Source: an uncultured Clostridia bacterium
Lineage (GTDB): Bacteria; Bacillota; Clostridia; Christensenellales; UBA1242
Length of the DNA stretch: 64,000 nucleotides
Assembly (NCBI GenBank): GCA_944372585.1
Contig: CALVZQ010000001.1
Span: 6,512-70,511 of the forward strand
Reading direction: 5' to 3'
The position numbers and the translations under genes were made by a program. Of the stretch, positions 38,655 to 48,437 are shown in pieces (within the stretch, counting starts at the first letter, position 1; each line of letters starts with the position of its first letter). The notes under the pieces were generated by a model. The model saw nothing but the letters and a program-made list of their open reading frames with translations, was not told the DNA's origin and made no database searches.

Positions 38655-41600
38655 TCACAGTCCTCTGGATCTGTTTCTATTGTTTCGATTTCTTTCATTA
38701 AGTCTTTCTGTTCGAGAAGTTTGAACCCTTCTTCCATTGTCAGTTTCAGGCGGCAAGTCTCCGAGGGTGTAGTCTTGCATGATTGCACCTTCTCCATCAA
38801 CCCGTCTTCTCATTGTTCTTGTTTCTCTGATTCGTCTTCTTGTAGACCTTTGGTCGTTTCGCGCACCAGATATTTCATTTTCCAATTGAGATATTTCTTC
38901 TTGTCTGGCTTGTCTATTGTTTGCAACAGCTTGCTGTCTTTGAGACAAATTGTTTTGAGCAGTTGTGTATTGTGTGTATAAGTAATTGACTCTTTCGTCG
39001 TTTCTTCTTTCAATAGAACTTCTTTTTGAGCGGTTTTTACCAAATTTCTTACGTAATTTTTTGAGTCTTTCTATTTGTGATAATGTCAAAGCGGAGCGAT
39101 TGTTTCTTTCAAGGTACTCAAGTTCGTTTAATTCATTCAATTCGGCATGTTGTGTTTGCACCTCATTGAAACGTTTCTCCCTTTCAGTCACAATTTTTTG
39201 CAAGTCAGCCAAGTCAGCATCTTCGGCTTTTCGAATTTTCTTATCATTTTTTCTCTTGTTCTTTAAGGTCTTTTTGGCATTGTCGAGATTTTTATCGAGT
39301 TGAAGATTTTGCAATTGCAATTCCACATTTGAAACGCTGAGTTGATGTTGCTCAACATTCCTTCTTGCTTCCCTGATTTCTTTATTGATTTTTTTCAATC
39401 TCTTTTGTTTTTTTGCAGCGGAAAGAGTTTGGTCGTTTATTATTGCTTGTCTCTTTCTTTCAAGATCGTTCAAGTGATTTCTTTGTTTAGATAATTTGCT
39501 TCTTGTTTTTTTTCTTGTTTTCTGCAATTCTTTGCTTTTTTCTTTTCCAGGTTTGTAAGTTCTCTCTTTTTGTTTTTCTTTTTGCTTTTTCTCTTTCACA
39601 ATGTTGACAATCCAAGGGCGAACTTCATTGAGAATTCCGATTCCTGCAAAGATATATGCTCCAATCGCAAGCCATGGAACCAGCATTGAGAAGAGTGTGC
39701 ACATTGCAAACAAAATGATGAACATGTTTCTTGGACCAAGATTTTTTGGTGGTTTATCTTTTACAAGAGGTTCTTTCCAGTCTATTGGTTTGATAGGTTC
39801 TTCTTTTTCTGGAGCAAGTTCTTGTCGCCTTGGTGGTTGTGGTTGAGGTGGTTGAGGTGGCGGAACAGGAGGTTCTTCTCTTTGAATGATTCTTTGTCTG
39901 TTGACGATCGGAGGATCAGGGAGTGATGGAGATCTTGCAATCGGTGGCTCAGAACCTGAATTTTCTTCAGCAGGACGTCTTGAAAGAATTGCAGTGTTGT
40001 CGAAAGAAAGAATGTTTGAACTGTTTTCTTTTGGTCTTGGATAGATTTCGTAATCTTCATCACCAATTTTTCTTTGACTTCCTTCAAACAATGGTGTCAA
40101 CTTATGTTCGTCTTCAATTTTTGCATTAAATTCTTTGTTTAAAATGTCATTTTTGAGACTTTTTAAACTGTTGACATTTTGTTCATAATCCAAATCTATG
40201 TTTACACGAACAACGTTTTTTCCGTCTTTCAATCCCAAATAAAGAGAAGGATTTTGGACAGAATCTAAAGAAGAGGTTGTGCTTTCTTCAAGATGAGCAA
40301 TGTCGATTTCATAGAATTTTGGGATTTTTGCAGATTTAACGCTTTCACCTGTGATGTGAAGATAAGCATAAGATTTTCCTTCTCTGTCAATTCTGATGTT
40401 GAGATATTGCTCGACACTTGAACCATCATCGTTTTTGACAGTGATCGGCACAGAATATAATTTTTCTTCGGGAGTTGCCGAACCTTCAGGAAGTGTCACA
40501 GACACGATTTTGTCTGGTTGTGTTGTTTTTTCTCTTTCAAGTTGGATTCTTGCAATCAAAAGAGCATCATAACTTGCACCTTTTCTGTCAAAGGAATATT
40601 TCTTCTCAACATCACTTTTCTCTGATTCTTGTTTCAAAACCGTTGATAAGAAATCGGTCGAAACACCAATATTGAACGGCTTTGTTTCGTTTGAAACAAT
40701 TCCGAAATGATTGTTTTTGTCAACGATTTGGCAACCTAATGCAGAAAACAAAACTGCAAAATCAGAACTTGCACCTCTGATTTGCACGTCATTGATATTT
40801 AGGTCTTGTGACAATTTGAGTTTTTCAACATCATAAACAACAAAATCGCCATTAATGATTCCATCGGGAATTTCAACGCTTGGATTTTTTGTACGAAAAT
40901 CGTCAAGAAACTCTTTTGAGACTTTAAATTGAACGGTTGAAACACTTGTGCCATCTTCTGTTTTTGTGCCTTTTGCAAACACTGCAATTGGAGTTTCTTT
41001 GTTTTCTGATGTGACTATAAGAAGTGCATCTTTAAGAATTGATGCACCAGAACTGGTGTATGAAGAAGAATCAAACAAAGTTATCTTTTGCGGGGTTGTC
41101 AATCCCAATTTTTCAGAGTCTATTTCTTGGCTGAGACCAGAAATTGATTCTCCGCCAACTGATAAAGTTTGACTTTCTAATGTTTGCCCAGTTTTTTTGG
41201 TTCTGACAAGTTTGTCCTGCTTTATTGTTTCATTTGCAATTGGAACTTCCGCATTTATGCCCGAATTGAAGGCTGGATTTGAAACTCTAGGGCAGTCATA
41301 GACTTCAATCTCTGTGTTTCGTATGTTGTTGTGTGCAAGAAGCGAGTTTATGTCAGACAACAACTGTTCGTTTCGATTTTTTGGAATAGGAAAGTTGACT
41401 GCTCGTCTGCTGCCGTTGACTTCGAGTTCCAATGAAAGAATTTCTCCAGTTCCAACGTTGGCAAAAGAAGCAGAGAAAATTTGACAGGTGGTGTTTTTCG
41501 CCCTGTCTGACTCATCAACCCCTTTGATGTTTAAATAAAGATTTTCACCTTGCTGGATCAAAACCAGGTGACTGTCTCTGTTGTCAGTGGTTTTGTATGG

Positions 41601-43748
41601 AAGAAAAATGTATGAGATATCCCCAGATTTATATATCAAATTTCCAGCGATTCTTCTTGGTCCAGTTGTTTCTGTTCTTGTGGTGGTTCTGGTTCTTCTT
41701 CTTTGATTTCCATTTTCACCACTTCCATTTCCGACAGTTTCACCGCTTCCTCCAGTGGAATTGTTGACAAGTTCTGATGAAAAGTCTTTTGTGATTGTTG
41801 TGAATTTTGGTATTTTGTCTGCTTTTATCTCTGCAATGTCTTCAATTGTGCCATTTGAAATTTCCATGAAATTATTAAAGAAAATTTCGTTGTTTTCCAC
41901 TGTTATAGGAAGTATGACAACATCATTTGTGTCGTTTTGTTCAATCCCAACAGCATAATATTGTTGGTCTCCAACATTTCTTACTCCTTGAGATAGGATT
42001 CTGCAACGAGTGGTTTCTTCAGTGTTTTCTTTCAAACCTGCAACATTCACATAAATCCCTTCGTTGTCCAAAATTACTTCAAGATAGTCAATTTTAGAGC
42101 CATTGTTTTTTGTGTATGGAACATAGAAATGAAAATCCCTTGTTTCATTGTCTACAACAAAAGGAACGGTTTGCAAATCCCTGTCAGGAACTCTTCTCTC
42201 AACTGGGCGAGGATTTACTGTTCTTTCGCGTTCATGCAAAGGTGAAGGGGTCTCAAAAGTTGGTGATGTGTTTCTTTCAAAAGTCGCCATAAGGGAAGAT
42301 ATAACCAGGTTGTTGGCAAATCTCTCATCTGCTCTCCAAAGTTCCAAATCATGCGAGAATGAATCTTGCCAACCAAGTTCATAGATCTTTCGAACTGTCT
42401 CTTGCTTAATTGGTGTGTTTTCATTGACAAGTTTGGTTATGAGTGCTGATTGCAGCCAACCTGTTAAATTTGTTTTTTCGTCTCCGAAGTCATGTCTGCA
42501 GTTGTCAAGGAGTAATGCTTTTGATGGAGTTAAATGCGTTATGACTTCGTTGAGTGTGCTTAAATCAAGAGTGCCAAAAGTTTCTGCAAATCTCTGTGCA
42601 GTTTCATTGTATCTTGCATAAACCTCAGGATTTGAAGTCTTCAATGTGTCATAATCCAAGTCCGCAAATGGCAACAGATCAAGAACGTTCAATCCGCCAA
42701 CTCCGTCTTTTGTCGCTTCAATTTTGTCTTGATCAAAAGGTGCTTCCAAAAATCGCCATTCTGAATCTTTATTCCAACCCTTTTTGACGTCCCATTCACG
42801 ACAATCATCATTGCAAGCCATCAAAACTTTTGTGTCAAGTTCTGACAAAGTCACATTTGGAACTTGAGAATTTGCCTTTATTCTTTCGGGATCTGTTGAA
42901 CGGGTCAGTGATGGCACTTTCAAAACTTGAGTGGTGTAATATGTGCAAAGCTCTGCAGGAGTCATTCCATACTTTGATGCCATCGCTTTGACAAGTTCGT
43001 GATCCAGAAGATGTTTTGACCCTAAAATTGAATATGCAACAGGCTGAATATTGTTCTCTGTGCAAAATCTCATTCTTTCTTCTTCATTATGTCCAATCAA
43101 AAGAGGCATTTGCATAACCTGCGGCATTTGCAAATGTTCGATTTCACAAATTTCTTTCAACTTGTTTAGTGATTGAATTGAAAAGTTTGAAACACCGATG
43201 GTTTTGATCTTTCCTGCTTGATAATATTCATTCAAAACTTGCCATTGGAGAAGAACGCTGTTCATATATTCACTCTCGTGACCTATCTCCATTTTCTCCC
43301 ATGGTGCTGGAGAGTGAATGTAGTAGCAATCAATATAGTCGTGTTCACCAGTCAAACCAAGGGCAGTGAAACTTTTCTCAATTTCTGTTCTTATGCGTGC
43401 TTTTTCTCTTTCCGCGTCCGCCTCAGTCATTGAGCCAAGTTCATCATCTGATTTTGCAGTGTCTGGATCAAGTTTGGAGGAGATAAAAAGTTTGTCTCGT
43501 GAAAGACCTTCAGCCAAAGCATGTTGAATGGCTTTTCCAACAAATTCTTCATTCCCATATCCTTGTGCAGTGTCAATGGCAACATAACCTGCGTCAAGAG
43601 CATCAGAAACCGCTTTCTCTGTGTTTGTGTCATCAAGCATCCAAGTGCCTTGACCAATCATTGGAATCTTTATTGTTTCGTTTATGCCATTTCTTGTAAC
43701 AGTGATTTCCTTGAAACTTTCAGTCAGGTTCAACTTATCGTCTGCCAT
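38655..43748 (-). CDS. giant (1,697 aa) chimeric protein: aldo/keto reductase head, triple repeat, Pro-run, hydrophobic hairpin, basic coiled-coil-like tail
   Basis: Uninterrupted 5.1-kb ORF. AKR tetrad contexts are present: AIDTAQGYGNE, FISSKL, YYIHSP. See findings for the remaining architecture. Confidence 0.8.
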   Translation of the reverse strand: MADDKLNLTESFKEITVTRNGINETIKIPMIGQGTWMLDDTNTEKAVSDALDAGYVAIDTAQGYGNEEFVGKAIQHALAEGLSRDKLFISSKLDPDTAKSDDELGSMTEADAEREKARIRTEIEKSFTALGLTGEHDYIDCYYIHSPAPWEKMEIGHESEYMNSVLLQWQVLNEYYQAGKIKTIGVSNFSIQSLNKLKEICEIEHLQMPQVMQMPLLIGHNEEERMRFCTENNIQPVAYSILGSKHLLDHELVKAMASKYGMTPAELCTYYTTQVLKVPSLTRSTDPERIKANSQVPNVTLSELDTKVLMACNDDCREWDVKKGWNKDSEWRFLEAPFDQDKIEATKDGVGGLNVLDLLPFADLDYDTLKTSNPEVYARYNETAQRFAETFGTLDLSTLNEVITHLTPSKALLLDNCRHDFGDEKTNLTGWLQSALITKLVNENTPIKQETVRKIYELGWQDSFSHDLELWRADERFANNLVISSLMATFERNTSPTFETPSPLHERERTVNPRPVERRVPDRDLQTVPFVVDNETRDFHFYVPYTKNNGSKIDYLEVILDNEGIYVNVAGLKENTEETTRCRILSQGVRNVGDQQYYAVGIEQNDTNDVVILPITVENNEIFFNNFMEISNGTIEDIAEIKADKIPKFTTITKDFSSELVNNSTGGSGETVGNGSGENGNQRRRTRTTTRTETTGPRRIAGNLIYKSGDISYIFLPYKTTDNRDSHLVLIQQGENLYLNIKGVDESDRAKNTTCQIFSASFANVGTGEILSLELEVNGSRRAVNFPIPKNRNEQLLSDINSLLAHNNIRNTEIEVYDCPRVSNPAFNSGINAEVPIANETIKQDKLVRTKKTGQTLESQTLSVGGESISGLSQEIDSEKLGLTTPQKITLFDSSSYTSSGASILKDALLIVTSENKETPIAVFAKGTKTEDGTSVSTVQFKVSKEFLDDFRTKNPSVEIPDGIINGDFVVYDVEKLKLSQDLNINDVQIRGASSDFAVLFSALGCQIVDKNNHFGIVSNETKPFNIGVSTDFLSTVLKQESEKSDVEKKYSFDRKGASYDALLIARIQLEREKTTQPDKIVSVTLPEGSATPEEKLYSVPITVKNDDGSSVEQYLNIRIDREGKSYAYLHITGESVKSAKIPKFYEIDIAHLEESTTSSLDSVQNPSLYLGLKDGKNVVRVNIDLDYEQNVNSLKSLKNDILNKEFNAKIEDEHKLTPLFEGSQRKIGDEDYEIYPRPKENSSNILSFDNTAILSRRPAEENSGSEPPIARSPSLPDPPIVNRQRIIQREEPPVPPPQPPQPQPPRRQELAPEKEEPIKPIDWKEPLVKDKPPKNLGPRNMFIILFAMCTLFSMLVPWLAIGAYIFAGIGILNEVRPWIVNIVKEKKQKEKQKERTYKPGKEKSKELQKTRKKTRSKLSKQRNHLNDLERKRQAIINDQTLSAAKKQKRLKKINKEIREARRNVEQHQLSVSNVELQLQNLQLDKNLDNAKKTLKNKRKNDKKIRKAEDADLADLQKIVTEREKRFNEVQTQHAELNELNELEYLERNNRSALTLSQIERLKKLRKKFGKNRSKRSSIERRNDERVNYLYTQYTTAQNNLSQRQQAVANNRQARQEEISQLENEISGARNDQRSTRRRIRETRTMRRRVDGEGAIMQDYTLGDLPPETDNGRRVQTSRTERLNERNRNNRNRSRGL

Positions 43749-43941
43749 GTAATCCTCCTAAAAACATTTTTATAAGTTTATCATAATGTGTGTATTTTGT
43801 CAATTATTGTAGGAAAAATGGCGGGGCAAAAATTAATTGACTTGGAAATTTTGATATCGCTAAATTAAAGAGAAAAAAACTTGTTTTTTTTTATTATTTT
43901 TGCTATTATTGATATAATTATTGCAAGACAAGGAGAAATTA

Positions 43942-46647
43942 ATGGGACTTTTTGGGAATGAAAACAAATCACAAGTTAAGAAACTTAGGAAAATAGCAGA
44001 TAAGGTTGTTGCACTTGAAGATAAATACAGAGACTACACTGATGAGCAACTCAAAAATTGCACCGAAGATTTCAAAAAACGTTATCAAAATGGTGAAAGT
44101 TTGATGGACTTGCTTCCAGAGGCTTATGCAGTTGTTCGTGAGGCATCTGACAGAGTTTTGAAGATGCGCCATTTCTATGTTCAGATTCTTGGTGGAATTG
44201 CACTGCATCAAGGTCGTATTGCAGAAATGGCAACAGGTGAAGGAAAAACTTTGGTGGCAACTCTTCCAGCCTATCTCAATGCTTTGACTGGTCTTGGTGT
44301 GCATGTTGTCACTGTCAATGAATATTTGGCAAAACGTGATGCTGAGTGGATGGGAAAGGTTTACAAATTTTTGGGACTTTCTGTTGGAGTTGTCGTTTCT
44401 GGCATGGATGAGAAAGCAAAGAGAGAAGCATACAACAGCGACATTACTTATTGCACCAACAACGAGATTGGGTTTGACTATTTGCGTGACAACATGGCAA
44501 TCATGAAAGAACAACGTGTTCAGCGTGGACATAATTTTGCCATTGTCGATGAAGTTGACTCCATTTTGATTGACGAAGCAAGAACTCCTCTTATCATATC
44601 TGGCAGAGGAATGAAATCAAGTGACAACTATGTCAAAGCACAAAAATTTGCAAAAACTTTGAAACCTGAAGATTATGAGAAAGACGAAAAAACCAAGGCG
44701 CTAAACTTGACAGAAAGTGGAATTGCAAAAGCGGAAAGATTTTATGGCACAGAAAATCTGTCCGACATTGACAATTTGGAATTGAACCACTATATCAACA
44801 ATGCTTTGAAAGCAAATTTTGTCATGTTCAGAGATGAGAACTACATTGTCAAAGATGGTGAAGTCATCATCGTTGACGAATTTACTGGTCGTTTGATGCC
44901 GGGAAGAAGATATAATGATGGTTTGCACCAAGCAATTGAGGCCAAGGAAGGTGTGGAAATCAAAGATGAAAACAAGACATTGGCGACAATCACTTTCCAA
45001 AACTATTTCAGAATATACAACAAACTTTCTGGTATGACAGGAACTGCCAAGACAGAAGAAGGTGAATTTAGAGCAATATACAAACTTGACGTTGTCACAA
45101 TTCCAACAAACAAACCAAACATCAGAATTGACGAACCAGACATTGTGTTTACAACTGAAAATGGAAAAATCAAGGCAATTGTGGAAGAAATCAAAAGACG
45201 TCACGAACTTGGACAGCCAATTCTTGTCGGCACAATCACAATTGAAAAAAGTGAATTGCTTTCCAGGGCACTTAAAGAGGCAAAAATCAAGCATACTGTT
45301 TTGAATGCCAAAAATCACGAACAAGAAAGTCAAATTGTTGCACAGGCTGGTCGAAAAGGCGCTGTGACAATCGCAACAAACATGGCTGGTCGTGGAACGG
45401 ACATTTTGCTTGGTGGCAACCCAGAATTTATGGCAAAGAAACAGATGAGAGATGAAAATTTTTCTGATGAACAAATCTCTTATGCCACAGCCTTCAACAC
45501 GGTTGATGATGCCGAAATGAACAAGGCAAGAGCAAGATATAACGAACTTTACAACGAATTCAAAAAGACAACAGATGTCGAAAAAGAAGAAGTCAAAGCC
45601 GCAGGTGGTTTGCACATCATTGGAACAGAACGTCATGAGTCAAGACGTATTGACAACCAGTTGCGTGGACGTGCTTCTCGTCAGGGAGACCCAGGTTCGA
45701 GCGTGTTTTTCTTGTCACTTGAAGATGACTTGATCAGAAGATTTGGTGGCGACAGACTCAAGAAGATTGCAATGTTTTTCAAATTGGAAGAAGATACTCC
45801 AATTCAACTTAAGATTCTTTCAAAGCAAATTGAAGGAGCACAAAAGAAAATTGAAATTCAAAACTTTGGCATGAGAAAAACCGTTTTGCAATTTGACGAT
45901 GTTATGAATGCACAAAGAGAAGTCATCTACAAAGAAAGAAACAAAGTTTTGGACGGACTTGATGTTCATGAACAGATCATGGGAATGTTTCCGGGGGTTA
46001 TCTCAAAGTTCTGTGACAAGTGTGTTGATGATGACAAACCATATTTTGAATGGGATTTTGCCAAAATCAATCAAGAACTTGAAAGAGGACTTTTGGAAAA
46101 AGACAAAAATGTCATAACGGAAGAATTCTGTGAAGGCTTTGATCGTGAAGATCTGGAAAATGCAGTTTTGAAACTTGTTGAGAAGAGATACAACGAGAGA
46201 ATGGTTGAAGCAGGCAAGTTTGGAATTGATTTTGAAAAAATTGAAAGATTTGTTTTGCTTAAAGTTGTTGATTCAAACTGGATGAACCACATTGATGATA
46301 TGCAAACCATGAAAAATGAAATTTTTGCTCGTGGTTTTGGAAATCAAGACCCAATTCTTGCTTACAAAAAAGAAGGTTATGAAATGTTTGACAACATGAT
46401 TGAAAAAATCAGAGAAACAACATGTGTTGTTCTTCTCAACACAAACATTGAAATCAGACGACCAGAGCCAAGGCCTCAGCCAAAAATGACAGAGGCGAGA
46501 GTGTATGACCCACAAGCACAATCCAAGCCACAAGAAATCAAAAAACAGGTCACAGTGAAAAACACAGAAAAGAAAATTGGAAGAAACGATCCTTGCCCAT
46601 GTGGAAGCGGGAAGAAATACAAAAATTGTTGTGGAAAAAATGTGTGA
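43942..46647 (+). CDS. secA: preprotein translocase ATPase SecA
   Basis: MATGEGKTLVATLP Walker A, DEVDSILIDEARTPLIISG, C-terminal zinc finger CPCGSGKKYKNCCG. Start at the ATG with an AAGGAG RBS. Confidence 0.95.
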   Translation: MGLFGNENKSQVKKLRKIADKVVALEDKYRDYTDEQLKNCTEDFKKRYQNGESLMDLLPEAYAVVREASDRVLKMRHFYVQILGGIALHQGRIAEMATGEGKTLVATLPAYLNALTGLGVHVVTVNEYLAKRDAEWMGKVYKFLGLSVGVVVSGMDEKAKREAYNSDITYCTNNEIGFDYLRDNMAIMKEQRVQRGHNFAIVDEVDSILIDEARTPLIISGRGMKSSDNYVKAQKFAKTLKPEDYEKDEKTKALNLTESGIAKAERFYGTENLSDIDNLELNHYINNALKANFVMFRDENYIVKDGEVIIVDEFTGRLMPGRRYNDGLHQAIEAKEGVEIKDENKTLATITFQNYFRIYNKLSGMTGTAKTEEGEFRAIYKLDVVTIPTNKPNIRIDEPDIVFTTENGKIKAIVEEIKRRHELGQPILVGTITIEKSELLSRALKEAKIKHTVLNAKNHEQESQIVAQAGRKGAVTIATNMAGRGTDILLGGNPEFMAKKQMRDENFSDEQISYATAFNTVDDAEMNKARARYNELYNEFKKTTDVEKEEVKAAGGLHIIGTERHESRRIDNQLRGRASRQGDPGSSVFFLSLEDDLIRRFGGDRLKKIAMFFKLEEDTPIQLKILSKQIEGAQKKIEIQNFGMRKTVLQFDDVMNAQREVIYKERNKVLDGLDVHEQIMGMFPGVISKFCDKCVDDDKPYFEWDFAKINQELERGLLEKDKNVITEEFCEGFDREDLENAVLKLVEKRYNERMVEAGKFGIDFEKIERFVLLKVVDSNWMNHIDDMQTMKNEIFARGFGNQDPILAYKKEGYEMFDNMIEKIRETTCVVLLNTNIEIRRPEPRPQPKMTEARVYDPQAQSKPQEIKKQVTVKNTEKKIGRNDPCPCGSGKKYKNCCGKNV

Positions 46648-46676
46648 AACAAAAAGTGTGAAGAAATTAAGAAGAA

Positions 46677-46706
46677 AAAGATTGATATTTTTTCAATCTT
46701 TTTTTA
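46677..46706 (+). terminator. rho-independent terminator of secA
   Basis: Stem aaagattga/tcaatcttt followed by a T-run. Confidence 0.7.
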
Positions 46707-46768
46707 TTTTCGTATTGACAAAAGTGAAAAATCATATATAATCATGTTATAAGTTTAAAGGAGAAACA

Positions 46769-47347
46769 ATGGAAGAGAACAATCTTGATAAAACGATTAA
46801 TTTTGTCGTTAAGTGGTGGACAGACATTCTTTCAGGGAAAACAAGTGCAAGGTCATACTATGAAGAGGCAAAAGATGATTTGGAAGAACTCAAAGAAAAG
46901 AATGAGTTTATGTATTATCTCCTAAGTCGCATAATGACGAAGCTTGACGATGAGAATGAAGAGAAAAGGTCAGAAGCATATTTAAATTCTGAACAAATCA
47001 GAAGGTTTGAAGGACAACTTAGAAAGTTCATTAAAAAAGAATTTGAAACAAACGGACATGTTTATCTTCATACAGACGAAAATGCCAGAGCGAATGGTTT
47101 GCTTGGACTTGCAACATATTATGCAGGCATCAGAAATGAAGGAAATCTTGAAGGAGAACAAAGTCCTTTTCCTGAAGGTGTGGAAATGTGTGTCGAACCA
47201 GGCAAAGTGGAGATCAGATATGATGAAACAGGCAAATATTTTCCAATTTATCAAGAATTGCCACCAGAAACCTCAAAACCTGGACTTTCAAAGGAAGCAA
47301 CCGAATTGATTCAGCGCAAAATTGATGAAGGTAGGGGCGGAAAATAA
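46769..47347 (+). CDS. hypothetical protein (192 aa)
   Basis: Own promoter (TTGACA-16-TATAAT at 46715-46742) and an AAAGGAG RBS. Acidic. No assignable motif. Confidence 0.6.
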   Translation: MEENNLDKTINFVVKWWTDILSGKTSARSYYEEAKDDLEELKEKNEFMYYLLSRIMTKLDDENEEKRSEAYLNSEQIRRFEGQLRKFIKKEFETNGHVYLHTDENARANGLLGLATYYAGIRNEGNLEGEQSPFPEGVEMCVEPGKVEIRYDETGKYFPIYQELPPETSKPGLSKEATELIQRKIDEGRGGK

Positions 47348-47368
47348 AACATGCTTTGGCATGTTTTT

Positions 47369-47584
47369 TTAATATTCTTTACGACCAATGAGATAGTCTA
47401 ATGAAACATCAAACAAATCTGCAAGTTTAATAAAATTTTCTAAAGATGGCAAAGTTTTTCCATATTCATATGCTTGATAAGATTGATAACTTATTTCAAG
47501 TTTTTCTGCCATATATTTTTGTGTGTAACCATATTGCAATCGAAGTTTTTTAATTCTATCTGACAATGTATATAAATTGTTCAT
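47369..47584 (-). CDS. XRE-family helix-turn-helix transcriptional regulator
   Basis: IKKLRLQYGYTQKYMAEKLEISYQSYQAYEYGKTLPSLENFIKLADLFDVSLDYLIG. Start at the M with a GGAGAA RBS. Confidence 0.8.
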   Translation of the reverse strand: MNNLYTLSDRIKKLRLQYGYTQKYMAEKLEISYQSYQAYEYGKTLPSLENFIKLADLFDVSLDYLIGRKEY

Positions 47585-47610
47585 TTTATTTCTCCAATTT
47601 ATTGACATAA

Positions 47611-47655
47611 TACAGAAATAAACTGTAAAATAGTAAAAATGCAGTTTAAAACTGT
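47611..47655. promoter_or_regulatory. two operator-like inverted repeats in the divergent XRE/120-aa promoter region
   Basis: tACAG-N7-CTGTa (47611-47627) and GCAG-N7-CTGT (47641-47655), with the same geometry and centres 29 bp apart. The first overlaps the TTGACA(47602)-18-TAAAAT promoter. Confidence 0.5.
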
Positions 47656-47670
47656 ATTTAAGGAGATAAA

Positions 47671-48033
47671 ATGGATATAGTGGTTATAGGATTTGGTGAG
47701 TTAAAACATGTAAGAGAAATTAGAAATTATATGTATAGAATGTTGAAAGGAGGTGTTGATGATTTGCACTTTGAAAATTTTTATTTTGGAAGCAATAACC
47801 AATTTTGTATATTGTGCAATGATGTGTTAAATTCTTTAAAAAATGAAAATAAAGAAAGGCAAATCAGAATTTTAAATACTGAACCTAAAAATTCGGTAAT
47901 GTATGTTATTTACTATGATGAAAAAAATTGTAAGGCAATTGAGAATGCTAAAAAATATGAATATATTAATGACAATCATATTAATGGTAAATACATTGTT
48001 TCGTTTGTTGAAGAGAAATTTTATTTAAGTTAA
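47671..48033 (+). CDS. hypothetical protein (120 aa), divergent from the XRE regulator
   Basis: AAGGAG RBS. Very AT-rich. No assignable motif. Confidence 0.55.
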   Translation: MDIVVIGFGELKHVREIRNYMYRMLKGGVDDLHFENFYFGSNNQFCILCNDVLNSLKNENKERQIRILNTEPKNSVMYVIYYDEKNCKAIENAKKYEYINDNHINGKYIVSFVEEKFYLS

Positions 48034-48038
48034 TTCTC

Positions 48039-48067
48039 TTGACAAATATTGATTTATGTGTTATAAA
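48039..48067 (+). promoter_or_regulatory. promoter of the rpsF-ssb-rpsR operon
   Basis: TTGACA, 17 nt, TATAAA with an upstream TG, followed by a ~75-nt leader before the AAAGGAGG RBS. Confidence 0.55.
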
Positions 48068-48145
48068 TTAAGAGCAGTAAAAATACTGTCCTTGCTTTTA
48101 AGTCGTGTGAACTTGAAAGCCATTAGTCCAAAAGGAGGTAAAAAG

Positions 48146-48427
48146 ATGAATAAGTATGAACTTATGTTTATCATTGCCAGCGATGTCAGTGAAGAAAAGA
48201 GAGAAGAACTTATTGCAAAACAAAAAGCATATGTTGAATCTCACAAAGGCACTGTTGAAGGCGTTGATAAGATTGGAATGAAAAAGTTTGCTTATCCTAT
48301 CAACTTCAAAAATGAAGGTTTCTATGTGATTATGAACATCTCTATGAACCCAGAAGAAGTTGATGCAATGAACAAACTTATGACCATCACTGATGGCATT
48401 GTTCGTCAAATGTTTGTAAGAAAATAG
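48146..48427 (+). CDS. rpsF: 30S ribosomal protein S6
   Basis: MNKYELMFIIASDVSEEKREELI... 93 aa. AAAGGAGG RBS. rpsF-ssb-rpsR order. Confidence 0.92.
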   Translation: MNKYELMFIIASDVSEEKREELIAKQKAYVESHKGTVEGVDKIGMKKFAYPINFKNEGFYVIMNISMNPEEVDAMNKLMTITDGIVRQMFVRK

Positions 48428-48437
48428 GAGAAAATTT

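Noticed and set aside
44701-45636. 311-aa ORF antisense to secA. Similar long antisense ORFs include 27283-27882 (in gyrA), 21364-21825 (in metG), 54801-55601 (across queH/lepB), 43969-44532 and 36709-37299.
   Set aside because: They lie fully inside well-supported genes on the opposite strand. They lack RBSs and have Cys/Phe/Ser-rich low-complexity translations typical of shadow ORFs in AT-rich DNA.
48068-48145. rpsF leader as the S6:S18-binding regulatory RNA motif.
   Set aside because: I could find only a short hairpin (cagta aaaa tactg). I cannot verify the motif without a covariance-model search.
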